Origin: Nemertoderma westbladi
Taxonomy: Eukaryota > Animalia > Xenacoelomorpha
Length of the DNA: 64,000 nucleotides
NCBI GenBank assembly: GCA_032718475.1
Contig: JAUCBJ010002449.1
Location: 28,077 to 92,076 of the forward strand
Reading direction: 5' to 3'
Part shown: piece after piece, positions 27,601 through 39,600 of the stretch
How positions within the stretch are numbered: the first letter of the stretch is position 1
Layout of the letters: every line of letters starts with the position of its first letter
The notes under the pieces: generated by a model
What the model was told of the DNA's origin: nothing
Database searches by the model: none
Seen by the model: only the letters and a program-made list of their open reading frames with translations
Program-made: the position numbers and the translations under genes

Positions 27601-30600
27601 CGTGGAACCGTTCAAATTCGATGGGAGCAGGCCGGAAGAATACTTACAGTTTCGGCGAATGTATAGTAACGAAATACTAACAAAAAACTTGACGCAGGCG
27701 GAGTGCCTAAAGTATCTACAAGTGTACACGGGAGGCCCAGCATACGATATCGTGAGGCAATACCAAGGAATAGAGGGCGGCTTCACGACAGCATGGCGGG
27801 CACTGGATAGGGAATACGGGCACCCGGCCAAGATCATCAGGCAGACGCTGAGAGGCATAACATCGGGTGGCCTACAGGATAATCCCGTTAGCATTAAGAC
27901 GTTTGCTAACAAAGTCGAGAAGGCGCTGATCGTGCTGAAGACGCTAGACGCGCCATACGAACTCAACGCGTCCAATAACATCACCACGATAGCGCAGGCA
28001 CTACCGAGCTGGCTGCGCAACAAATGGAGGAAGGTCGCTTTCTCCACCCGAGACAAGAAGGGTGCGGAACCAGGTTTAGAAGAAATGTCAAACTTCTTAA
28101 ATTACGAGGCTGAACTAATAACGGACCCAGTCTATAGCGAAGATAGCCTGGGAAAAGGACCAAAGGCAGATCACTACAGGCCCAAACCAGAGCACAGTAC
28201 ATCGAACGCGTTACCGAGACTCAGGCAATCATTGCCATATGCAGCGACGCAGGGGACTGCAAGTCCACAGGCAAGCGAAGATAGGACAACATCAAGGGAC
28301 GGACAGGGGAACAATAACAACATGAATAAACATAACCCCAGTACGTCCAGTAGGTCAAACCCAGTCAATAAGAATAGTAGGGACTTTGGTACAAACATAA
28401 CTGCGATACGCAACGCATTGTATAAAGAGGGCTACGACCCAAAGAGCAAATGCCAGTTACACGCAAATGCGCTTCATAAAACCATGAACTGCAGGTACTG
28501 GCAGGCGCTACCGAGGCAAGACCAGATAGATTACGCGTCGAGCAATAAAATCTGCTCGCGATGTGTAAAGAGTGGACACAAGGCCAGGGAATGCCAAGAA
28601 AAGCCGGTCAAGTTTGGCCAAAGGAGAGGCCAGACGATGGCAACGAGCACAGTAGGGGCGAAGAAGAGAGGAACAGTGCTACTTGGAGTAGTACCAGTAC
28701 GAGTGATCGGGGAAGGCAATCGATCAGTAACAACACTAATGCTGGTTGATAGTGGAGCTGCCTTCACACTAGTTGAGGAATGGATAGCCGAAGAAATAGG
28801 GTTGAGAACGAGGCCAAGCAGGATGGCGGTGACAACCATCTCTAGCAAGGACGAGGTCCTAGAGATGAGGACAGGACGGTGCGCAATTGCAGCAGTGGCA
28901 CCAGGATGCGATTATGGGGCAACCATCGACCCCATCCAAGTAATAGAGTCAATTAACATCAATGCCAGGCGGCCAACCAACATCGAGGTCGAGCAATACA
29001 AATTCCTGGACAACATTGACTTCTCAATCCCAGACGTGGACATTAGGAAGGTATCCATCATAGTTGGAATGGACTGCCCAACGGCCCACGAGAGAATGCA
29101 AACGGTCTTCGGCGAAGACAAGCAGAGCGACCCGGTGGCCATATTAACGCCATTCGGGTGGACGCTGAGTGGTCCAATTAAGAGCAAGATACCATTCAGG
29201 ATGTCGGAGACATCAGGATGCATGTTCGCGGGAACAATGCAGGAAATGGGTGATGAGGGGGCAGAGGAGCAGCTTAAAAGACTGCTCAGGCAAGACTTTG
29301 AGGGACTGAAAGAGACCGGGGTCGGGACCTCGGTAGAAGACAAACAGGCTCTACAGAGCGTGGAGGAATCGATGACGTGTGATGAGGGGCGGTATACAAT
29401 AGGAATGGTATGGAAGCTACCGAAGATACCGCTACCCGATAACAGAGGGATGGTACTCACGAGACTCCGAAAGCTGAAACAAACACTACAACGGAGCCCC
29501 GAGAAGAACGAGTACATTCACAAAACGATCAAGAAGTACGTCGAGAAGGGATGGGCCGTGGAGTTACCGGTCGACGAGCCGAACACTGACAGGACATACT
29601 ACCTGCCACTCCACGTAGCATTAGACCCAAAGAAAGGTAAACTGAGGATGGTAGTCGATGCATCGGCAAAGACCGACGGAAAATGCTTAAACGATTACCT
29701 GTTGGAAGGCCCAAATATTTACAATTCGGGCATAGAAGTGTTACTTAGGTTTCGGAATGGGAAACACGCCTTCACCTGTGACATAGAAGGCATGTTCAAC
29801 CAAGTCCGAGTAACAGAGGAAGATAGCGATAGTCAACGCTTCTTATGGTATAACGGCGAGGAAGAGCCGCCTATAATACCGGCATATAAGATGGTAGTAC
29901 AAAACATGGGGGCCAAGTCGTCCTCATTTACGACGACTATGGCAGTGAGAGACACGGTAAAAGGGAAGGAAGATAGATATAGTAGTAGGGCCGTCGATAT
30001 GATCAGACGCGGTTTCTACGTAGACGACGGCATGGAGTCTGGAAATACGGTTGAGGAGATACTGGAAACAGGGCGCGAGGTTCGCGACATCCTGAAAGGA
30101 TCCGGCTTCAACCTGACCAAATTCCAATCCAGTTCAGAAGAATTCATCAAGGAAATAGAAGACAAGAAACCAGAATCGACCATGGACAACCCTACAACAG
30201 CCAAAGGACAGGACATGGCGATTAAGAGAACGGAATCCCAGCAGAAGGCGTTGGGAATCGTGTGGGATAGAAAAACAGACGAACTGAAGTATCAGCTGAG
30301 CCAGGAGGGCGCAGACACCCATACGAAGAGGGGTTACGTATCATATATAGCAAGAATATACGATCCCTTAGGCCTAGCATCCCCATTACTAGTCACGGGG
30401 AAACAGATACTCAAGAGAGTATATAAGTTGAAGGATGAGTGGGACGTAGAGGTACCAGAAGACATCAGGAAACAGTGGAGCAAATGGACAGGAGACTTGG
30501 AGAGGATGGGAACATACAACATGCCGCGAGTGTATTTCCCGGACGGGAACATGACGAATCTGGACCTACATATGTTCTCCGACGCGTCGTTAGAGGCATA

Positions 30601-33600
30601 CGGAGCGGCACTCTATTTAGTACAACGAGAGGGGCCTCACAAGCCCAGACTAGCCTTTAGCAAAGCTAAGTCAACGCCGCCAGATTCAGCATCTGTTCCC
30701 AAGTTAGAATTGACAGCTGCGAGACTAGGAGTTAGAGCCACAGCCTACCTAGTGGATACAATTCCCAACATAGTGGAGACACACTACTGGACGGACTCCA
30801 TGGTAGTGCTTGGTTGGCTACACAACGAAAAGACGAGATACCCGATATTCGTCGCGAATAGAGTGGACGAAATAAGGGCGAGCACAGAACTGGAAAGGTG
30901 GCACTACTGCCCAACAGATCAGAACCCAGCGGACTTGCTGTCGAGGGGCGTGGAACGCCACACTTTCTTAAAGAAAGAAGAATTGTGGCAACACGGGCCA
31001 CAATTTCTGAGCGATAGGGAGGCCTGGCCGCCGATGAGGAAGGTGGACCCGGGCTCGGAAGTAATATCAGAAGGAGAAGGAGATTCAGAGGGAGAAGAGA
31101 TATACTCCCAGATGGTGAGGGAGATTAGGGACGTGCAACCAGGAAGGGAACTGTGCGACAACCCGACGGATAAACTCCTCAGCTACAGTTCCAGTTGGTA
31201 TAAGACCAAGAAACTAGTGGCGTACTGGAGAGCCTTTGGGAATTTCCTTGCGGGAGTCGGCAAGGACAAGAAGACCAGGATAACCATAGATCTGGAAGGA
31301 GCGACCAAGGCAGTGATCCGCTATGAACAACGCAAGAACTACGGCGACGAGGTGGAACGTGTCGATAACCAACAGCACCTCCGACGGGACAGCGAGTTGA
31401 TCACGCTGTCGCCACAACTCAACGAGGACGGGATTCTAGTAATGAATTCTAGGGTGGGATATAACAACAGTATAGTCGTGCCACCGAAACCCATCATCAT
31501 TCCCACAGGATCGCCTATAGTCCACCAGATCATATGGGACTCCCACAAATCGATACTGCATGGGGGCACCAACCGAACCCTCACAGAGATAAGGAGGACC
31601 TATTGGGTCAAACAATTAAGAAAGAAGGTTAAAGCGGTAGTGGGGCAGTGCCAGACCTGCCGACGAGCGAAGAAGGAACGAGCCGTACAGGAGATGGCGC
31701 CACTACCGGCGAGTAGGGTAAGACAGCACGACCCGCCATTTACGCATTGCGGTGTGGACATGTTCGGGCCGATAAAGATCAAGGTGATGCGACACACGGA
31801 GAAACGCTACGGTATTATCTTCGTATGCAACAATACGCGGGCGGTAGGGATAGAACTCGCCCAAGATGCAACCGCATCAGCATTCATTAACGCCTTAGAA
31901 AGGTTTAGGGACCGCAAAGGTGGGACGATCGCGGTGATATACAGCGACAACGGCACCAACTTTGTGGGCGCAGAGAGTGAGATGGCAGAGGCCTTAGACA
32001 TCTTGGAGGGAGAAGAAGTCAGGGCGGCCATGAGGAGACGACAAGTGAAGTGGGAGAGAAGGACGCCGTATGCACCACATACATTAGGATGCGTCGAGAG
32101 ACTTGTGGGCAGTTCAAAACGTCTAATGACGAAGCTAATGAACACCCACATGGTCACTGAAGACGTCTTACGGACAGTACTTGCGAAGTGCGAGGGGATC
32201 ATTAATAGCAGACCGCTATACCCGGAGAATGATGACCCTGAGTCATTAGACGTGTTGACGCCTAGCCATTTCCTGATGGAAAGGCCAGCGACCATAGATA
32301 TGCGGGGTGTAGACCCAGATGATATACACTCCCGCCAAAGTTGGAAAGTAGCTAAAGCAATTAGCGCAGAGTATTGGAGGAGGTGGGTAGAAGAATACCT
32401 ACCCACGCTCCATAAGCGAAGCAAGTGGAGGAAGCCAAACAGGGAGTTGAGAGAGGGAGATCTCGTAATCGTCACGGATGATACTATCATCAACAACCAA
32501 TGGCGGTTGGCGAGAGTTGTAGGCACCTACTCCGACGAGGACGGAAGAGTCCGATCGGTAGAAGTGCGGATAGGTGGAAAGATAGGTGCGAAAGACAGAA
32601 AAACCTACAGGAGAGCAGTAGGTAAATGCTGTCTTCTAGAAGGGGCACCTTAAATTAGAGTTAGTGTGATGTTTAGTCGTCCAAGTTTTGGACTGAGGGG
32701 GGTGGGATTGAGGGCGAGACGCCCTTCCCACACAAATAAAATAAAATAAAATAAAAATAAATAAAAGTTAGTTGGTTAGAGGGTACGTAGTACCTAGAGT
32801 TAGTTAGTTAGTAGGTACGTAGTACCTAGAGTTAGTTAGTTAGTAGGTACGTAGTATCTAGAGTTAGTTAGTTAGTAGGTACGTAGTACCTATAGTTAGA
32901 GAGTCAGTAGGTACGTAGTACCTAGAGTTAGTTAGTTAGTAGGTACGTAGTACCTAGAGTTAGTTAGTTAGTAGGTACGTAGTACCTAGAGTTAGTTAGT
33001 TAGTAGGTACGCAGTACCGATAGTTAGAGAGTTAGTAGGTACGTAATACCTAGTTAGAGTTAGAGTTAGAGGGTACGTAGTACCGATAGTTAGAGAGTTA
33101 CTAGGTACGTAGTACCTAGATAGAGTTAGAGTTAGAGGGTAGGTAGTACCGATAGAGTTAGAGTTAGTAGGTACGTGGTACCTAGTTAGAGTTAGAGTTA
33201 GAGGGTACGTAGTACCATTAGTTAGAAAGAGAGAGTAAGAGGTAGAAGGGGTAAAATAGGATATAGATATTAGATAGCAGTAAGTAGAGTTAGTAGCGAG
33301 AGGGGGGCATATGAGTACAGCTGGATAAATCGTGTGGCCACACGACGCATACTGCTGTACTGCATGGGCCCACTGAGTAGGCCAGAATATGGATCAGAGA
33401 GAGAATAGAATAAATCCATAGGCAGCAGTAAGTACTAGGACAGTAGAATCAAAGCAAAATAGATAAATAAATAGAATAGGGCTAAAAATCAAAAATAGTG
33501 GTAACACAAAGGAAGTCGTTCTAGAACATAATAAAAGTAACGGACGGAAATTGTAAGTTAGGCTGATTTACTAGCTCCGAAATTAATTAGATTAAATTAA

Positions 33601-36600
33601 GCTTGAAAGGCGCAGTTAAGTAGAAAAGTAGGCCATTATCGAACTGTAGGAAACATCTCAATACATCACTCATCTGTATTGCGCCTTGGTAAGGCACCAC
33701 CCTGCAGGTGAGCGAGTGTAGTGTTCGGAATGGCGAGTAAGTTGATCAGGAAGAGAAAGGCGGAATCAGGAGGAAAAGAAATATTGGTGGATTTCACCGA
33801 AAGACACCCGGAGGAGAAGACGAGAGGATACTACGAGAGGTTGGAAAGGGGTCACGCGGCACGAGCGCTGCAGGATCACTTCCGGGAGGCGCACGAACAG
33901 CGGTTGGTCGGGACCTACGGGACGCCGTCGCTGGACAACGCGATCTTCCAACACTTCCACTACGTGGTGAAAGGGGACGAGGCGAAGTTCGGGATTCCGA
34001 AGTATCCGAGGGAATCGCCGAGGAAGGACTGGAAAAGATTCATAGAGTCCGTCAACAGAGGAGGATATATGATCCTAGATGACGAGGGAACCGTGGAAGA
34101 CGAAGCGGGTTCGAGACGAGGAACGGCAGGGAGGCCAGGACACAGAGTTATGGCTTCGAGGAACAGGCGGGCCTAGACGAACTTCATTGGACTTCGTCGG
34201 GGAGTTCGGGGGAGTCTCTAGGGCGAGAATTGGGATGGACGGTGGGATCGCCGAAACAGTCGACGTCGGGGTTGCACGCGATGCCCATACCAGCGGGCGC
34301 CGAGGGCGACCAACCGCCGAGGAAGTTAAGGGAGCTAGAGGGATGGAGAGCTACGGGCGAGAGCCAAGGCGGGAAGGGACATAGTGGATCCACCGAGATA
34401 CCGGGATTGGAGACACTACCGGAAGAGGAGGACGACGACGACGAGTTCGGAGAGATACCGCCCATCGAGAGGATAGGCCACTCGGACACGGACTGGGTTG
34501 GCGGGAGGGTGGTGACGGCCAGTGGGGCGAGGGCCTTCTGGAACAGATCCGGCAAGCGGACCTGGGTGCACGAGGGGCCGGCGATGGATTTCGCGGGGAG
34601 CACTATCAGGTTGGGCGAGCAACCGGGGACGGCACCACGGATAGTATTCGGGGAGACAATGCCCGAGAGGGGCGGAGAGATCGACGTAAACAGGGAGAGC
34701 AACGTGGAGAAGTTTGCCTACCAGCGACTCCATAGACCGCGGAGATCGCTTGGGACGAAGGACGAGGTGGGACGCGAGACATTGGTACTCGGCTGCGACT
34801 ACTGTGGGAGACAGACCCATCGGGAAAGCAGCTGCCTATACCGGTTCCAACGGGGAACCTTTTGTCTCTATTGTAGAGAACCAAGTCACAGGATGGGGGC
34901 GTGTCCACGGTTGCATAACCGATGTCCAAAGTGCCACTTTCGGGGACACTACGGACGCGAGTGCGACTGGATGAGCGACGAGGAGAAGTTCACGAGGTTC
35001 GAGGAGTGGGCCGACGTCGGGGCCATGACGCGCCAGCGCATGAAGGCCCAAGAGTTCAAGTGGGGTTTCTTTCTCATAAACCAGGAGACCCACATGGAAA
35101 TCATAAAGCGAAGGTTACCGTTTACCTATCAAGAGGTAGCTACGGCGGCATCGTTCGCCGGAGTTATGAACACGCAACGGTACCTGGACAGGTGGACACC
35201 AGAGAACCGGAGGGAGTTTAGGGATTTCTTGGCGGAACACGTACCAAAGGCAATGAAGATGATCCTATGGGACGCCACACGAGGGAGACAACCAGGCCAT
35301 TCTGAGGGGCCACCGGCGAAGCGGTATCGGGCTTTAATAACACCAGCGCCCAAGGAGCCGACGACCGGGATCAGCAAGGAAGTGGCAGCGAAGGTCCGGA
35401 AGCAGAAAGCGGATGATGCCAGAGGAGCAGTGATAACCAAGAAACGGGCCAGGGAAGAGGACGTGAGGAGGAACAGATAAGTTCCCGGAGACGAGGGAAT
35501 GAGACTGAGACTGGGAAGTGGTGCGCCTGGAAGGCGCCGCATGTAACGTACGAACTATTAAGTATAAATTTAATTAATGCAAATAACCATATAAGTGCAA
35601 TTTGTATGTACGTACGTAGTGATTAGCAGTAAATACAAACGTTTGGAGTAAGTACTATAGTCATACAACCTTTCTCAATTAGCTACTGGGACTGGGGGAC
35701 AATTGACTATGGCACTATGGACGAGACAACTGACAACTTCACGCTTCTTGAGTGCGACGGCACGGAAGGGGGGGGGAGGTTCGTCAAGAGAGATAAAACA
35801 GTCAAAGTGGGGTTGAGAATCGGAATAAGAGTGCGAAGTGCGGAGAGAGTGCGAACGCAATTCTAGTGTGGGGGGGGGGAGAATGAGAGGCTGAGTGAGG
35901 GACGAGGAGGTCCGGGGGTATGAGAGAATTAGGGTGAGAGTGAAGGTGAGATAGGGCGAAAGTGTTGGGGAAACAAAAGTCGTGTGAAGAGGTGAGCGCG
36001 ATCGGCCCGACATGAGACGCCAGGCGTAAAGGGTAGCGTTATCATACCCAGAGGGAGCGGCCCGGAAAGCCGACTCCGAGAGAAAAGAATTCCACCCCAC
36101 ACCCGATACTAGGTCGGGATCCAGCGGGATTGTAACGCACTTTTGGGTTGATGCTATCTTCTTACCGGGAAGATAGCATGGGGGGGAGTGTTAGCTTATT
36201 CAATCCCGCCAACACCCCATAAAGTTATTAGCCGATAAGCAATATTGGGAGCCGCGAGATTGGGTAATTAACCAACTCGCGCCATCCCAATAAGAATGGG
36301 AAGGAAGCACACAATAGAGGGTCAGGGGCCAAACCCCTAACCCAAGGAGAACAGGTGGAGTTAACGGGAATACTCCACGGGGCGCCAACAAGGGTATTAA
36401 CCAATCAGAGGGGGGAACGGCATCGATTGAGTAGCAGTAAGGCCACCGTGCAATATAACCAATAACCTATTAATCAGTGATTCAGTTATCTCAAGTGCAG
36501 CAGTGCTAGCGTAGGGTACAGCCAATTAGTTTAGTTAGGGGATCACGGGACTTTAGTTACCGTATCCCGCCTTGTACACATTCACAATATCTATATCTTA

Positions 36601-39600
36601 TAACCTCCTATTATACACCGAACTTCAGAACTCAGTCACTTTATTTCATCCTTATACACGGCGGGGACGCGTGGACTAAATTACCACAACCGGATAAATC
36701 GGGATCCCTCTTGGATCCCGTCACAGTGAACTTACATTCCTTTAGGAAACAGAGTGGAAGGGTTTACTGTGGAAGAAAGATCACCCATGGTGGTGAACAG
36801 GCATTCCTTTAAGAAACATAGTGGAAGGGTTTACTGTGGAAGATCACCCATGGTGGTGAACAGGCATTCCTTTAGGGAACAGAGTGGAAGGGTTTACTGT
36901 GGAAGATCACACATGGTGGTGAACAGGCATTCATTTAGGAAACAGAGTGGAAGGGTTTACTGTGGAAGAAAGATCACCCATGGTGGTGAACAGGCATTCC
37001 TTTAGGAAACAGAGTGGAAGGGTTTACTGTGGAAGATCACCGATGGTGGTGAACAGGCATTCCTTTAGGAAACAGAGTGGAAGGGTTTACTGTGGAAGAT
37101 CACCGATGGTGGTGAACTTACATTCCTTTAGGAAACAGAGTGGAAAGGTTTACTGTGGAAGAAAGATCACCCATGGTGGTGAACAGACATTCCTTAGGAA
37201 CAGAGTGGAAGGGTTTACTGTGGAAGATCACCGATGGTGGTGAACAGGCATTCCTTTAGGAAACAGAGTGGCGGGGTTTACTGTGGAAGATCACCGATGG
37301 TGGTGAACAGGCATTCCTTTAGGAAACAGAGTGGCGGGGTTTACTGTGGAAGATCACCGATGGTGGTGAACAGGCATTCCTTTAGGAAACAGAGTGGCGG
37401 GGTTTACTGTGGAAGATCACCGATGGTGGTGAACAGGCATTCCTTTACGAAACAGAGTGGAAGGGTTTACTGTGGAAGATCACCCGTGGTGGTGAACAGG
37501 CATTCCTTTAAGAAACAGAGTGGAAGGGTTTACTGTGGAAGATCACCGATGGTGGTGAACAGACATTCCTTTAGGAAACAGAGTGGAAAGGTTTACTGTG
37601 GAAGAAAGATCACCCATGGTGGTGAACAGACATTCCTTTAGGAAACAGAGTGGAAGGATTTACTGTTGAAGATCACCCATGGTGGTGAACAGACATTCCT
37701 TTAGGAAACAGAGTGGAAGGGTTTACTGCGGAAGAAAGATCACCCATGGTGATGGTGAACAGGCAGTCCTTTGGGAAACAGAGTGGAAGGGTTTGCTGTG
37801 GAAGATCACCCATGATTCTGAACAGGCATTCCTTTAGGAAACAGAGTGGAAGGATATACTGTGGAAGATCACCCATGGTTCTGAACAGGCATTCCTTTAG
37901 GAAACATAGTGGAAGGGTTTACTGTGGAAGATCACCCATGGTGGTGAACAGGCATTCCTTTAGGAAACAGAGTGGAAGGGTTTACTGTGGAAGATCACCG
38001 ATGGTGGTGAACTTACATTCCTTTAGGAAACAGAGTGGAAGGGTTTACTGCGGAAGAAAGATCACCCATGGTGGTGAACAGACATTCCTTTAGGAAACAG
38101 AGTGGAAGGGTTTACTGTGGAAGATCACCGATGGTGGTGAACTTACATTCCTTTAGGAAACAGAGTGGAAGGGTTTACTGCGGAAGAAAGATCACCCATG
38201 GTAGTGAACAGGCATTCCTTTAGGAAACAGAGTGGAAGGGTTTACTGTGGAAGATCACCGATGGTGGTGAACTTACATTCCTTTAGGAAACAGAGTGGAA
38301 GGGTTTACTGCGGAAGAAAGATCACCCATGGTGGTGAACAGGCATTCCTTTAGGAAACAGAGTGGAAGGGTTTACTGTGGAAGATCACCGATGGTGGTGA
38401 ACTTACATTCCTTTAGGAAACAGAGTGGAAGGGTTTACTGCGGAAGAAAGATCACCCATGGTGGTGAACAGGCATTCCTTTAGGAAACAGAGTGGAAGGG
38501 TTTACTGTGGAAGATCACCGATGGTGGTGAACTTACATTCCTTTAGGAAACAGAGTGGAAGGGTTTACTGCGGAAGAAAGATCACCCATGGTGGTGAACA
38601 GGCATTCCTTTAGGAAACAGAGTGGAAGGGTTTACTGTGGAAGATCACCGATGGTGGTGAACTTACATTCCTTTAGGAAACAGAGTGGAAGGGTTTACTG
38701 CGGAAGAAAGATCACCCATGGTGGTGAACAGACATTCCTTTAGGAAACAGAGTGGAAGGGTTTACTGTGGAAGATCACCGATGGTGGTGAACAGACATTC
38801 CTTTAGGAAACAGAGTGGAAGGGTTTACTGTGGAAGAAAGATCACCCATGGTGGTGAACAGGCATTCCTTTAGGAAACAGAGTGGAAGGGTTTACTGTGG
38901 AAGAAAGATCACCCATGGTGGTGAACAGGCATTCCTTTAGGAAACAGAGTGGAAAGGTTTACTGTGGAAGAAAGATCACCCATGGTGGTGAACAGGCATT
39001 CCTTTAGGAAACAGAGTGGAAGGGTTTACTGTGGAAGATCAAAGATAACCCGTGGTGGTGAACTTACATTCCTTTAGGAAACAGAGTGGAAGGGTTTACT
39101 GCGGAAGAAAGATCACCCATGGTGGTGAACAGGCATTCCTTTAGGAAACAGAGTGGAAGGGTTTACTGTTGAAGATCACCCATGGTGGTGAACAGGCATT
39201 CCTTTAGGAAACAGAGTGGAAGGGTTTACTGTGGAAGATCAAAGATAACCCGTGGTGGTGAACTTACATTCCTTTAGGAAACAGAGTGGAAGGGTTTACT
39301 GCGGAAGAAATATCACCCATGGTGGTGAACAGGCATTCCTTTAGGAAACAGAGTGGAAGGGTTTACTGTGGAAGATCACCGATGGTGGTGAACTTACATT
39401 CCTTTAGGAAACAGAGTGGAAGGGTTTACTGCGGAAGAAAGATCACCCATGGTGGTGAACAGGCATTCCTTTAGGAAACAGAGTGGAAGGGTTTACTGTT
39501 GAAGATCACCCATGGTGGTGAACAGGCATTCCTTTAGGAAACAGAGTGGAAGGGTTTACTGTGGAAAATCACCCATGGTGGTGAACAGACATTCCTTTAG

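Larger units (their letters stand above)
23449..36725 (+). mobile_element. Full-length BEL/Pao LTR retrotransposon (13,277 bp) with 5-bp TSD GTGAA
   Basis: 537-bp TG...CA LTRs, with one mismatch seen by eye (23732 C vs 36472 A). GTGAA at 23444-23448 and 36726-36730. Polypurine tract GGGGGGGAG before the 3' LTR. BEL-type gag-pol. Confidence 0.97.

Noticed and set aside
34083-35480. ORF B as an envelope gene
   Set aside because: No signal peptide or transmembrane segment is visible; the cysteines form CCHC knuckles.
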